From the NCBI GenBank assembly GCA_052035175.1, contig JBPOHV010000001.1:703771-767770 (forward strand): 64,000 nt of DNA, read 5' to 3'. Origin of the DNA: a candidate division WWE3 bacterium (GTDB lineage Bacteria > Patescibacteriota > WWE3 > UBA101185 > UBA10185). Position 1 is the stretch's first letter, and each line of letters begins with the position of its first letter. Made by a program: the position numbers and the translations under genes. The notes below the pieces were generated by a model. That model made no database searches, was not told the origin of the DNA, and saw only the letters and a list, made by a program, of their open reading frames with translations. This document shows, in pieces, positions 1-9,955 of the stretch.

Positions 1-179
1 TTGGAATAAGCTTTGGATACAAATACTTACCATTAGGCGTTTTGGCTACAGTATTATCCTCTGAAACCTTTATCTCACTGTGGATTTCACATAAAAAGTA
101 TAATGAAAAGGATCTTGGCATAAAGATATTTGCCTCAATAGTAGCTTTCATAGGCTTGTTAATACTTTTCATTTTCTAA
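1..179 (+). CDS. 3' fragment of a membrane protein gene (runs off the window start)
   Basis: Open frame from position 3 to a TAA at 177-179. The translation ends ...IKIFASIVAFIGLLILFIF, which is hydrophobic. Confidence 0.3.
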   Translation, partial: GISFGYKYLPLGVLATVLSSETFISLWISHKKYNEKDLGIKIFASIVAFIGLLILFIF

Positions 180-344
180 ACAGTAATTTGCAAATGTATT
201 GACAAAGTATTTTATGTATGTAATTAATGCATGTAATGAACGCAGAATTATTCGCACAAGTTAATACCTTCCATTGGGCACACTCTATTGAGCTGGGTAT
301 TTGACTTTGCGTGTTCATTTTTTAAACTTTTAAACTAAATAAAC

Positions 345-372
345 GCTCGGAGTCAGATTCCGAGCTTTTTTT
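345..372 (+). terminator. Rho-independent terminator
   Basis: GCTCGGA-gtcagat-TCCGAGC stem-loop followed by seven T. Confidence 0.65.
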
Positions 373-484
373 ATTTTTATTGGAAATTTTTTTCACAAGA
401 AAATCTAAAAAGTTAATAAGGGAATCAATCCAAACTGGAGACCAATTTGGACCTATTTGGATTTCTAAAAAAAGGAGCCAAACC

Positions 485-577
485 ATGTACGCCAAAGATA
501 CGTCTTGGAAAGATGAATGGCACGGCAAATCTGCTGATGACACTCATCGTCGGACTGCAGACGACACACACCGCTAA
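485..577 (+). CDS. Candidate 30-codon leader peptide (MYAKDTSWKDEWHGKSADDTHRRTADDTHR)
   Basis: AAAGGAG RBS at 471-477, seven nt before the ATG at 485. The TAA stop sits inside a small hairpin at 571-587. The peptide contains a tandem ADDTHR repeat. Confidence 0.3.
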   Translation: MYAKDTSWKDEWHGKSADDTHRRTADDTHR

Positions 578-596
578 ATTTTAGCGGAAAACTATG

Positions 597-646
597 GTTG
601 AGCGAGAAGCTTGTTTAGCTTGTCACCAGACAGCTTCTCGCTCAAC
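597..646 (+). promoter_or_regulatory. Perfect 15-bp inverted repeat (GTTGAGCGAGAAGCT...AGCTTCTCGCTCAAC) with a 20-nt loop, followed by a weak T tract; attenuator- or terminator-like
   Basis: Seen directly. It lies 22 nt upstream of the carboxypeptidase start codon. Confidence 0.4.
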
Positions 647-668
647 ACCATTTTATCAAATTGGAGAT

Positions 669-2204
669 ATGAAAATGTTTAGTAAAAATATAAAAATACA
701 AAAGCTTCTTGAATATGCTAAAGAAATCAAATCATTAGACGGTATTTCTAGTTTACTTAGTTGGGATCAAAACACAGGTATGCCAGCAAATGCATCAAAT
801 GCTCGTGGATATCAGCGTGGCTTAATGGCTAGTATAGAACATGAAAAGCTTACAAACAAAGCGTTTGGTAAAGTTGTGCAGGATTTAGAAACAGAAATAT
901 ACAACACGCCTGAAAAATTTACACTTTATGATAAAGCGCTAATACGCGAGTCAAAAAGATTGTACGATGAAGCAACTAAACTGTCAGAAAAGTTTGTTAG
1001 GAAATATGAAGAAATCACATCCAAAGCATTTGGTTCTTGGAAAGACGCAAAAACAGCTGGCAATTTTCAACTATTTGCCAACGACTTAGCCAATGTTGTA
1101 GATCTTAAATTGGAAGAAACTGAATATATAGGGTACGAAAGTTCACCGTATGACGCACTATTAAATCAATATGAACCTGGACTAACCGAAAAGTTGGTTG
1201 CCGAAATATTTGACCCACTCAAAAGCTTTAGTCTAGATTTTTTGAAAAAGATTCAATTATCAAAAATTACGATTGATACTTCGATACTTAATCGAGAATA
1301 CGATAGTCAAAAACAATTAGAAGTCAGCAAAGAGATTGCGCAAGGTATAGGATTTAATTTTGACAGTGGGCGTCTAGATCAAGCACCACACCCATTTACG
1401 ACTTATATAGGCACGTCTGATGACGTAAGAATCACTACACGTGTAATTAAAGATTATATCCCCTACTCTATCCTGGCAGCAATACACGAATGCGGCCACG
1501 GCATGTACGAACAAAACATAGATAAACAGCTTGCACTGACGTATCTGTCGAGGGGAATATCTTATGGAATTCACGAATCACAATCACGCATGTGGGAAAA
1601 TATGATTGGAAGAAGTCCAGAGTTCTGGGAATTTTGGTTCACAAAGTTACAAGTCAAGTTTCCAACAATACTAAAAATGGATGAGAAAGATGTGTTTATC
1701 AAAGCTTTGAATAAAGTTACACCAGACCTCATACGCGTAGATGCAAACGAAGTGACATATAACTTACACATAATCTTGCGATTCGAAATCGAAAAAGCTC
1801 TTTTGACTAAACAAATAAGTGTGCGCGATTTGCCTGAAATATGGAATTCGAAAACTAAAGAGTACTTTGGACTTATTCCAAAGAATGACGCTGAAGGAGT
1901 TTTGCAAGATATTCACTGGTCAAAGGGGTCATTTGGTTACTTTCCTACATATACACTGGGAAATATATATGCTGCACAATTTTGGAATACAATACGTGAA
2001 AAGTTGCCAGCTTTAAAAAGTGATCTTCAAGCCGGTAACTTTTCAAACCTGAATACTTGGTTAAAAGAAAACATTCAAAAGTATGGTAAAGCCTATACGG
2101 CTGATGAAATATGTATAAAAGTAACTGGAGAAAAACTCAATAGTAAATATTTGATAGAGTATATTGGCAATAAATTTAGTAGAATCTATACAGACATAAA
2201 ATGA
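669..2204 (+). CDS. M32 family metallocarboxypeptidase (carboxypeptidase Taq-like)
   Basis: HECGH zinc motif, HESQSR and DIHWS, and the GYFPTYTLG signature of the M32 family. The start is probably the ATG at 669 or 675, not 594. Confidence 0.8.
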   Translation: MKMFSKNIKIQKLLEYAKEIKSLDGISSLLSWDQNTGMPANASNARGYQRGLMASIEHEKLTNKAFGKVVQDLETEIYNTPEKFTLYDKALIRESKRLYDEATKLSEKFVRKYEEITSKAFGSWKDAKTAGNFQLFANDLANVVDLKLEETEYIGYESSPYDALLNQYEPGLTEKLVAEIFDPLKSFSLDFLKKIQLSKITIDTSILNREYDSQKQLEVSKEIAQGIGFNFDSGRLDQAPHPFTTYIGTSDDVRITTRVIKDYIPYSILAAIHECGHGMYEQNIDKQLALTYLSRGISYGIHESQSRMWENMIGRSPEFWEFWFTKLQVKFPTILKMDEKDVFIKALNKVTPDLIRVDANEVTYNLHIILRFEIEKALLTKQISVRDLPEIWNSKTKEYFGLIPKNDAEGVLQDIHWSKGSFGYFPTYTLGNIYAAQFWNTIREKLPALKSDLQAGNFSNLNTWLKENIQKYGKAYTADEICIKVTGEKLNSKYLIEYIGNKFSRIYTDIK

Positions 2205-3469
2205 AAAACACAATATCAACACAACCATATAAAGGATCGCGTGACTTCTTCCCTGAAGATATGCGCGTCAGAAATTATATTTTTGATACTTGGCGCAAAG
2301 TTTGTCGCAGCTTTGGTTATGAAGAGTACGACGGGCCATTCCTAGAAACATACGAACTTTATGCAGCCAAATCAGGTGAAGAACTAGTAAACACACAACT
2401 GTACACATTTACAGATAAAGGTGAGCGCAAGGTTGCTATAAGACCAGAAATGACCCCCACTCTAGCACGCATGGTTGCTCAAAAATCTGGTAGTTTAACA
2501 AAACCCATTAGATGGTTTAGTATTCCAAATTTATGGCGATACGAAAAACCACAAAGAGGTCGCCTAAGAGAGTTTTTTCAATTAAATGTAGACATATTTG
2601 GCGTGGATACAATGGAAGCTGATTTTGAAATAATATACCTAATTACACAAATAATGGAAAAGCTAGGTGCAACAAACAAAATGTTTGAAATCAGGCTTAA
2701 CAACCGTTATTTGACAAATGAAATATACGAAAAGTTAGGCTTTAAAACAACTCAATTTACACCAGTGAGTAAGATATTGGACCGCAAGAACAAAATAACA
2801 CAATCAGAATTTGAAACAGCGCTTAAAGATGAAGCTGGGTTAGATCAAACACAAATTAAAGCTTTTTCTCTATTTTTGGAAGATCCATACAAACTTTTGA
2901 CAAACACACGCGGAGCTACAGAGTTAAACACTTTGCTTCAATACGCTGAAAATGCAGGCATTGCGAAATATCTGAAATATGACCCAACTATTATCCGTGG
3001 GCTAGATTACTATACAGGTAATGTCTTTGAGCAATTTGACCTAAACCCCGAAAACAATCGAGCTATGTTTGGTGGAGGCAGGTACGATGACTTAATAGAA
3101 ATTTTTGATAAGCCCAAGCTCCCAGCAGTTGGATTTGGCATGGGAGATGTACCCATGGAGTTGTTTTTAAAATCTTGGGATTTGTTGCCAAATATGGATC
3201 AAACTGAAACAGATTATCTTGTAACTTTGTGGCCAAGTGATGACGCGCAATTTTTTGCTGCATCGCTAGCGGCAGCCAAAAAATTGCGCCAAACAAGTTA
3301 TAATTGCGAGACCTGGCTAACACCGAATACACCAATATCAAAACAAATTAGTTATGCCAATAAAAAGAATATCAAAAACGTGGTAATAATTGGCGAAGAA
3401 GAACTAAAACAAAATAAAGTAACAATCAAAGATTTATCAACAGGTCAACAGCAAATAATAAGTTTATAA
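2201..3469 (+). CDS. hisS: Histidine--tRNA ligase
   Basis: Class II aaRS motifs RPEMTP and RYEKPQRGRLREFFQLNVDIFG. The start overlaps the upstream stop (ATGA). Confidence 0.9.
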   Translation: MKNTISTQPYKGSRDFFPEDMRVRNYIFDTWRKVCRSFGYEEYDGPFLETYELYAAKSGEELVNTQLYTFTDKGERKVAIRPEMTPTLARMVAQKSGSLTKPIRWFSIPNLWRYEKPQRGRLREFFQLNVDIFGVDTMEADFEIIYLITQIMEKLGATNKMFEIRLNNRYLTNEIYEKLGFKTTQFTPVSKILDRKNKITQSEFETALKDEAGLDQTQIKAFSLFLEDPYKLLTNTRGATELNTLLQYAENAGIAKYLKYDPTIIRGLDYYTGNVFEQFDLNPENNRAMFGGGRYDDLIEIFDKPKLPAVGFGMGDVPMELFLKSWDLLPNMDQTETDYLVTLWPSDDAQFFAASLAAAKKLRQTSYNCETWLTPNTPISKQISYANKKNIKNVVIIGEEELKQNKVTIKDLSTGQQQIISL

Positions 3470-3496
3470 TAGCTTTTCATTTGGTATCATACATAC

Positions 3497-4471
3497 ATGA
3501 CTCCTGCCAGACGTAACGCAATTATTCAAGTTTTCTTAGCAAACCTTATTTGGGCAGGTGCAGCTTCTATAATAAAGCTAACGTTGCAAGATATACCTCC
3601 ATTCAGCTTTTTATTTATCAGACTTTTAGTAGTGTGCTTGATATTACTCCCCTACGCGCTTTTCCTCATAAGACAAGAAAATGTAAATAAAAAAGATTAT
3701 TTCAATATTATATTAATAGGTATATGTTCACAAAGCGCATTGGCTTTTGTCTTTTTAGGTCTGAAATACACCACATCGATCGATATGACAATAATCGGCC
3801 TTATAGCCCCAGTACTATCTGTAGCCTTAGGCCATTATTTTTACAAAGAAGAAATCGGACCTAATATTAAAGTGGGATTACTACTTGTAACAGTAGGCTC
3901 GCTGATAATATTAACCGGGCCTACAATTCATAGTACAACTGGTATAACTATTGGGCAAAAGATGTTTGGAAACTTCTTGATCATTTTAAATAGCTTAGCA
4001 TTAGTACTTTATATATTTGCAACGAAAATAAGCCTGGGACAAACAAGTCCTAATATTAAACGCAACATCAAATTACTCAAACTCAAACCTATGACAAAGC
4101 AATACACACCTGAATTACTCACTACAGTCTCATTTTACATAGGTCTATTAACAACAACACCACTTGCTTTTATAGAAGGCTTGGGAGGTTTTGGCTTAGA
4201 ATCCACCTTTTCATTTTCAGAATTCACACCTCAATCAATAGCCGGGCTAGCTTACATGATCTTTTTATCCTCGATTGTGGCTTACTTTTGCTTTGGAAAA
4301 GGCGTTAAAGACGCTACAGTAACAGATACTGCGATAATAGGCTATTTAGGGCCTTTGATGGCTTTACCCTTCGCATACCTGCTCCTTAGAGAAGTACCTA
4401 CGGTAAACGATATTATTGCAGGAGGCTTAATTGCGGCTGGCGTACTAATTGCTGAATTCCACAAAAACTGA
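3497..4471 (+). CDS. EamA/DMT-like multi-pass membrane transporter
   Basis: About ten hydrophobic segments in a two-repeat architecture. Confidence 0.45.
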   Translation: MTPARRNAIIQVFLANLIWAGAASIIKLTLQDIPPFSFLFIRLLVVCLILLPYALFLIRQENVNKKDYFNIILIGICSQSALAFVFLGLKYTTSIDMTIIGLIAPVLSVALGHYFYKEEIGPNIKVGLLLVTVGSLIILTGPTIHSTTGITIGQKMFGNFLIILNSLALVLYIFATKISLGQTSPNIKRNIKLLKLKPMTKQYTPELLTTVSFYIGLLTTTPLAFIEGLGGFGLESTFSFSEFTPQSIAGLAYMIFLSSIVAYFCFGKGVKDATVTDTAIIGYLGPLMALPFAYLLLREVPTVNDIIAGGLIAAGVLIAEFHKN

Positions 4472-4499
4472 TAGAATGCCATAGCTTTAGGAGTCAATT

Positions 4500-4733
4500 A
4501 TGAAAAAAGAGATACATCCAAAACTTAATAAAAACTGTGTAGTATCATGTGCTTGTGGCAATAAATTTACTACTATATCTACAAAAGAAGCCATTTCTGT
4601 GGACGTTTGTAGCAAATGTCACCCACTATTTACCAACTCTCAAAGATTGGTAGATACTGAAGGTAGAGTTGAGAAGTTTAATCGCCGTTTAGAAGTCATT
4701 AAACAAAAGCAACAAGCATCCAAGAAAAAATAG
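4500..4733 (+). CDS. rpmE: 50S ribosomal protein L31
   Basis: MKKEIHPK...CxC...CSKCHP zinc-ribbon L31 signature. Confidence 0.85.
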   Translation: MKKEIHPKLNKNCVVSCACGNKFTTISTKEAISVDVCSKCHPLFTNSQRLVDTEGRVEKFNRRLEVIKQKQQASKKK

Positions 4734-5720
4734 ATGCAAGATACCTCTAAATATATAGAAGAATCTATACTCCAAACTCAACAAAAAGCAGCAGAGTTGC
4801 AGAAGTTACTCGAAGAGGCAAAAGCAAAAACTGACCATGACCTAGAAGTTATGGTACAAACCGAACTAGAAACAATAAATCAAGAAATAAAAGAATTACA
4901 AGAATCCCTAGAAACCATTGCGCACTCGGCACAAACCGACTTGAAAAAAACAGAAGTTGGTATAGACATTAACCCAAATATAGCTACTCTAGAAATTAGA
5001 GCAGGTACAGGTGGCCTAGAAGCAGGTTTATTTGCCTCAGATTTATTTAATATGTACTTACGCTTTGCAATTCTACAAAACTGGAAAACTGAAGAGATAT
5101 TCATGTCTGAAAGCGAGATGGGAGCTATAAAAACCGTTGCTTTACAAATAAAAGGTAAAAATTGCTATGAACTTTTGAAAAATGAATCTGGCGTACACAG
5201 GGTACAACGCATACCTTCAACTGAAAGCGGTGGAAGAATACACACATCAACTGCAACCGTAGCTGTTTTACCAGAAGTAAAAATGACATCCATTGAAATA
5301 AAACCCGATGACTTAAAATGGGATTTTTTTAGATCTGGCGGCAAAGGCGGACAAAACGTTAATAAAGTTTCTACAGCAGTAAGACTTACACATATACCAA
5401 CAGGGTTAATAGTCGAATGCCAAGAAGAACGCTATCAAGGAAAAAACCGTGAAAAAGCTTTGCAAATGCTAGAGTCAAAAATATATACCGCCATGCAAGA
5501 ACAACAAGTAAAAAGCATAACGGAAATTAGAACCGGACAAGTAGGAACCGGTGAACGCAGTGAAAAAATACGCACTTACAACTTTCCACAAGATCGTATT
5601 ACCGATCATAGAATTAATCAAAATTTTCATAATATACCAAGTATACTCAACGGCAATATTTCTGACGTATTAGAAGCCATGAAACAGTTGAATAAAGTAG
5701 AAACATCATCAAGCCAATAA
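4734..5720 (+). CDS. prfA: Peptide chain release factor 1
   Basis: GGQ motif; PST tripeptide in ...RIPSTESGGRIHTSTATVAVLPE, which matches the RF1-type PxT. Confidence 0.85.
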   Translation: MQDTSKYIEESILQTQQKAAELQKLLEEAKAKTDHDLEVMVQTELETINQEIKELQESLETIAHSAQTDLKKTEVGIDINPNIATLEIRAGTGGLEAGLFASDLFNMYLRFAILQNWKTEEIFMSESEMGAIKTVALQIKGKNCYELLKNESGVHRVQRIPSTESGGRIHTSTATVAVLPEVKMTSIEIKPDDLKWDFFRSGGKGGQNVNKVSTAVRLTHIPTGLIVECQEERYQGKNREKALQMLESKIYTAMQEQQVKSITEIRTGQVGTGERSEKIRTYNFPQDRITDHRINQNFHNIPSILNGNISDVLEAMKQLNKVETSSSQ

Positions 5721-5790
5721 ATTTAAACACTATCTTCAATTAAATTGGTTTGAATTCACTAGACCCAAATAGATTAGATACGCTAATTAA

Positions 5791-7017
5791 CTAAAGTTTT
5801 TTTGCTAACTCCAAAGCTTTGTCCAGTTGTAAATCTTGAGTATTATCTTTTGAACCCTCGGGATAAAGGTCAACTTCTACATCTGGTTGTAAGCCTTTAC
5901 CATGCACCCATTCCTTTTTTGGTGTAAGCCATTTTTCTATAGTCAAATGCAGTGAAGACCCATCACTAAACTCCTTGGATTCTTGGATTGTACCTTTACC
6001 GTAAGACTTCTTTCCTATCAATGTAGCGCTCTTATTATCTTTCAAAGCAGCTGCCAAAATTTCTGATGCCGAAGCACTACCTTCATCAATTAATACATAA
6101 ATTGCAGGAACTTTAGTCAAAGTACCTGTTCTTGTTGCTTTTATGGGTATGTCTTCACCTAGCGCAGTATGTCTAAACAAAACTGGAACGTCACTCATAA
6201 ATTCTTCTGCTAAATACACTGCAGAATTTAGATAACCGCCCGGATTACTCCTTACGTCGACAATAACTGCATCTAGTTGATCCATTTTAAGATTTATTTC
6301 TGATACAGACTTGGCCCAGTCTGCATTTGTTGAGTCTCCAAATCTACTAACTCTAATATATGCGGTACCATCGCCTTTATCTTCCCACGATACACTGGGC
6401 ACGGTGATAGCGCCACGCAAAATAGACACATCACGAGGCGCATCTGTACCTGTTTGAATTGTTAAAGTTACACTACTCCCCTGCTTACCTCTTATTTTGG
6501 CAACGGCATCAGTCAATGTACCGCTGCTCGTAGGCTGACCATCGATAGCCAAAATTCTATCTCGTGGTCTCAGCCCAGCAGCTTTTGCGGGAGAACCATC
6601 AAAAGGAGAAATGACTATGATTGCACCTTCTTCAAGTCCTAATTGTGCACCAATACCCTCATACTCGCCGTTGAGACTTTCACCAAACTCATCGTTGAGC
6701 TGCGGAGTTAAAAATGCAGTATGAGGATCACCCAATGCTCTAACCATACCCTCAACCGCGCCGTACAACATTTTTTTTGGATCAACAGGACGTTCTAAAT
6801 ATTCAGAATTAATAAGTTTCCATACATCCCAAAAAAGTCCGAAATCTATAGACTGATCATTAGGATTTTGATTAACAATCTTTACTTCAATCGGATGGCT
6901 AAGTATTTCAAATAAATACCCACGCTTCCCCATATAATAGCCACCATAAAAAAATGAAATAGCACACAGTAAAGTTATTAATAATCTCTGAAATTTTTCA
7001 AAAGTCATAGTTTTCAA
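5791..7017 (-). CDS. ctpA: Carboxy-terminal processing (S41) peptidase with PDZ domain
   Basis: GSASASEILAAAL S41 serine motif, a PDZ region and an N-terminal membrane anchor. Confidence 0.8.
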   Translation of the reverse strand: MKTMTFEKFQRLLITLLCAISFFYGGYYMGKRGYLFEILSHPIEVKIVNQNPNDQSIDFGLFWDVWKLINSEYLERPVDPKKMLYGAVEGMVRALGDPHTAFLTPQLNDEFGESLNGEYEGIGAQLGLEEGAIIVISPFDGSPAKAAGLRPRDRILAIDGQPTSSGTLTDAVAKIRGKQGSSVTLTIQTGTDAPRDVSILRGAITVPSVSWEDKGDGTAYIRVSRFGDSTNADWAKSVSEINLKMDQLDAVIVDVRSNPGGYLNSAVYLAEEFMSDVPVLFRHTALGEDIPIKATRTGTLTKVPAIYVLIDEGSASASEILAAALKDNKSATLIGKKSYGKGTIQESKEFSDGSSLHLTIEKWLTPKKEWVHGKGLQPDVEVDLYPEGSKDNTQDLQLDKALELAKKL

Positions 7018-7823
7018 CTCAATAAAAAGATGTTTGGAATATGTATCTCCAATGGTTCATCATTTTTTTCGACTTTAACAAATATACTCGCATCACGAAC
7101 GCTGTCAACCACACAAATTTCTCCAAAGTAAGGTTTTTGGAATATTAGAGCAGCTTGACCCTTGCGTACTAGCTTAAAAACAGGCGTTTTCAATTCCAAA
7201 GCCTTAAATTGAGTCTCTACTGGAATTCTTATTCTTTTTGTCTCACCTTGAAAAAATACGAATCTATTTGAAACGACATTTAAATAGTCATAAACTTGCA
7301 TAGGCGTTCTACGATTACCAAATGACGTAATTACGCCTATTTCTAAACCCACGCTTAATGCGTACAAATAATCTTCGTACAACATACTTCCTACCAAAAG
7401 CGCACCGATTTTTAAATTGCTCGCTTTTTTAACGATATCTTTGTCTATATACTCGCCTGCATAAATTATTTTACCTTCAGACTTTTTTGAATAGTTTTCT
7501 AGATAATGCGGTATTAGCTTCATGTCAGGATTTGGAAAAGTAACGAGCTCACCAGATACAACTCCTCGCGAGCTAGCAAAAAAGTTTACATCTACTACTT
7601 GGGTCTTGAGAAGTATCGATGAGTTATCTACCACGTCGACAACCTCACCCCATAAACCAGCTAGTAAGGTGTATATTTGATTATTTGACGTACACTCACC
7701 CATTTCATCATACGGTTTTACGTATGACTTTTTTTTAACACTCAAAGTACCTTGAGAGGGCAAATTTCTCTCGATAAGAACACCATTTCTCTTTATAAGT
7801 TTATACAAAACAGGTAAATGCAC
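7014..7823 (-). CDS. Hypothetical protein (no TM helices)
   Basis: Long ORF, translationally coupled to its neighbours. No recognisable motif. Confidence 0.4.
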   Translation of the reverse strand: MHLPVLYKLIKRNGVLIERNLPSQGTLSVKKKSYVKPYDEMGECTSNNQIYTLLAGLWGEVVDVVDNSSILLKTQVVDVNFFASSRGVVSGELVTFPNPDMKLIPHYLENYSKKSEGKIIYAGEYIDKDIVKKASNLKIGALLVGSMLYEDYLYALSVGLEIGVITSFGNRRTPMQVYDYLNVVSNRFVFFQGETKRIRIPVETQFKALELKTPVFKLVRKGQAALIFQKPYFGEICVVDSVRDASIFVKVEKNDEPLEIHIPNIFLLS

Positions 7824-8795
7824 TCAAAAAGCTCCTTTCAGCACTTCAAGCTTATCTACATATTTTTTGACCATATCAGATGACGCGTGCTCTTTCTTGT
7901 TCCGGCAATCCAAAACGATATAGTTTGGCGTTTCATCGCGTTTTAATGCATACTCGCGTAAACCTAGCAATTTACCTTTCACCGATATTTTTTGAAGTGC
8001 AAAATTACCTAGTGGAATTATAAATATATCGTTTGCCAAAACATCAACTAATTGCTTAGAGCCATCTTCAAAATCAAGTAGACACTCGATTCCGGTTGGA
8101 TCATTTAACAAAGCAATTAAGTGATATGGCTTTGTTTTGACGCGTAGAGAAGATACACAAAATGTATCATACAGATCTATAAAGATATTATAGTAGCCTG
8201 GACTACTAACTAAACTGGTCAGTAAGTGTAATCTATACGCTTCTTTATCTTTTTGTAAAAGTCTACCGCCGGTAAATAAAATCTTGGAATTATCAGGAAA
8301 CTCTATATCAACAGAAGCATAAAACTCATCTCTAAGAACTTGATCTTCAACATCATTCAAAACGATATTCGGTAAAACCGATTGTGTAAAAACATATGAT
8401 TTGTTCAAAAACTCAGTTGGAACATAACTTATAACTTTTTGAGAAACACCTACTGTAAAGAGTCCAAGATAACAAGCAATATAAGTATCATCACTCAAAC
8501 TGCTTTGCAAAGTACTATGATCCTTCAAGTCTACAATCACTGTATTTATTAGCTTTGTCGAAATCCCAATATAATCTTTTGTAATTATATGCATTGCTTC
8601 AGCCAAGAAGTCTTTTTCTGATATGTAGGATGTAAAAAAATCTAAATAAGGATAACGGAAAACACCGCTAGTCTTGGCCGCTGAACCCAAATCTAAGTTT
8701 GGTGTGTCTAAAATATAAGAAATCCCCTCGTAATGATTTATGAGATATAAAGTGTTGGTAGATAGACTGCGAGAAGCAGAAAGAGTTTTGGGCAT
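7824..8795 (-). CDS. Hypothetical protein
   Basis: Long ORF between rpsR and ctpA. No recognisable motif. Confidence 0.4.
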   Translation of the reverse strand: MPKTLSASRSLSTNTLYLINHYEGISYILDTPNLDLGSAAKTSGVFRYPYLDFFTSYISEKDFLAEAMHIITKDYIGISTKLINTVIVDLKDHSTLQSSLSDDTYIACYLGLFTVGVSQKVISYVPTEFLNKSYVFTQSVLPNIVLNDVEDQVLRDEFYASVDIEFPDNSKILFTGGRLLQKDKEAYRLHLLTSLVSSPGYYNIFIDLYDTFCVSSLRVKTKPYHLIALLNDPTGIECLLDFEDGSKQLVDVLANDIFIIPLGNFALQKISVKGKLLGLREYALKRDETPNYIVLDCRNKKEHASSDMVKKYVDKLEVLKGAF

Positions 8796-8807
8796 GGGAA
8801 AATCATA

Positions 8808-9086
8808 TCAGATAGCGTGTTTATCTGTATATGGTATCAATGCCATAAAACGTGCTTTTTTTACTTCTCTTGTCAAAAGTCTTTGATTCTTTGATGTCAA
8901 CCCATTGTATTTTTGTGGGATTACTTTACTTCTATCTGTTATAAATCTGCGTAGAACCAAGACATTCTTATAGTCTGGTTTTGTACCAGTTTCTGTAAAA
9001 TAACATTCTTTAGTTCTATTATCTTGTCTATTATTACTTGTATTATCGTGATTAGTGTCTTTTATCATATGTTTAATTAGAATCAC
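8808..9086 (-). CDS. rpsR: 30S ribosomal protein S18
   Basis: ...VLRRFITDRSKVIPQKYNGLTSKNQRLLTREVKKARFMALIPYT is the S18 signature. Confidence 0.85.
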   Translation of the reverse strand: MILIKHMIKDTNHDNTSNNRQDNRTKECYFTETGTKPDYKNVLVLRRFITDRSKVIPQKYNGLTSKNQRLLTREVKKARFMALIPYTDKHAI

Positions 9087-9546
9087 CAGCTAAATCGTCT
9101 AGATTTAGATCATCCAAATTTATTTCTTCATGAGTTGTATCCATTGAATCAGGTTGTACATGTGAAGATTCTTCTACATCACCTTCACCACCATAACTAC
9201 CAGATTGTTTGAGAACTATCATGTCTTCTATTACTACTTCTGTTTTGTACTTCTTTACACCAGTGTTATCAACCCAATCTCGTGTTTGTAAACGACCCTC
9301 TACGTATACTTTTGTACCTTTTTTGAGTAATTGGCCACAGATTTCTGCTAATTTATTCCAAGCCACTACGCTATGAAAATCAGCAACTTGCTTTGTTTCA
9401 GAATCTGTTTTCCATTCACGATTTGTAGCTACAACAAAACTTGCAACTGCAGTACCTTGTGGAGTGTACCTCACCTCAGGATCTCTTGTTAAATTACCAA
9501 CTAATATAACTTTATTTACACTTCTTGAAGCCATATTTGCCTCCAA
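9073..9546 (-). CDS. ssb: Single-stranded DNA-binding protein
   Basis: OB fold (VNKVILVGNLTRDPEVRYT...) with an acidic C-terminal tail. Confidence 0.85.
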   Translation of the reverse strand: MEANMASRSVNKVILVGNLTRDPEVRYTPQGTAVASFVVATNREWKTDSETKQVADFHSVVAWNKLAEICGQLLKKGTKVYVEGRLQTRDWVDNTGVKKYKTEVVIEDMIVLKQSGSYGGEGDVEESSHVQPDSMDTTHEEINLDDLNLDDLAGDSN

Positions 9547-9834
9547 TCAGCTTTGCGCTGTAACCAAATACCTTATTAAACCATTTAAATAGTTCATCTT
9601 TGTTTTGAAATCTTGAAGTTTTAATGAGTCTAATTCAAATAAGATTACTTCATAAAACCCTTCAGATTTAGTACCTATTTGATAAGAAAATTTCCTTTTA
9701 CCCCAAGAATCATGTTTTGTAACAGTACCGCCCAAATCAGAGATCAAGGCTTTGATTTTTTCTACTAGTTGAGCAGCACCCTCTTGGCCCAAAACAGAAT
9801 CTTCTATTGTCATTACTTCATATTTTTTTAACAT
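9547..9834 (-). CDS. rpsF: 30S ribosomal protein S6
   Basis: MLKKYEVMTI... is the S6 signature. The rpsF-ssb-rpsR order is conserved. Confidence 0.85.
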   Translation of the reverse strand: MLKKYEVMTIEDSVLGQEGAAQLVEKIKALISDLGGTVTKHDSWGKRKFSYQIGTKSEGFYEVILFELDSLKLQDFKTKMNYLNGLIRYLVTAQS

Positions 9835-9955
9835 AGTCGATTATTGAGAGATTATACAAACAACCCCTACAAATTGCTATTCCCCAAATTCTAATAATAC
9901 TGGACAAAGCATTGAGAATACTACATCAAAAATGCCGGTTTTGCAATAAAAACCT

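Noticed and set aside
322-577. ORFs 322-543 (minus) and 380-577 (plus, 65 aa)
   Set aside because: No RBS, and they overlap a terminator. Only the RBS-preceded 30-codon subframe at 485-577 is kept, at low confidence.
380-660. T-box riboswitch upstream of hisS
   Set aside because: I looked for the AGGGTGGNACCGCG T-box sequence and a specifier loop. Neither is present.
594-668. Upstream ORF-track start of the carboxypeptidase (MVEREACLACHQTASRSTPFYQIGD...)
   Set aside because: This segment is the 15-bp inverted-repeat hairpin read as protein. The ATG at 669 or 675 is the likely true start.
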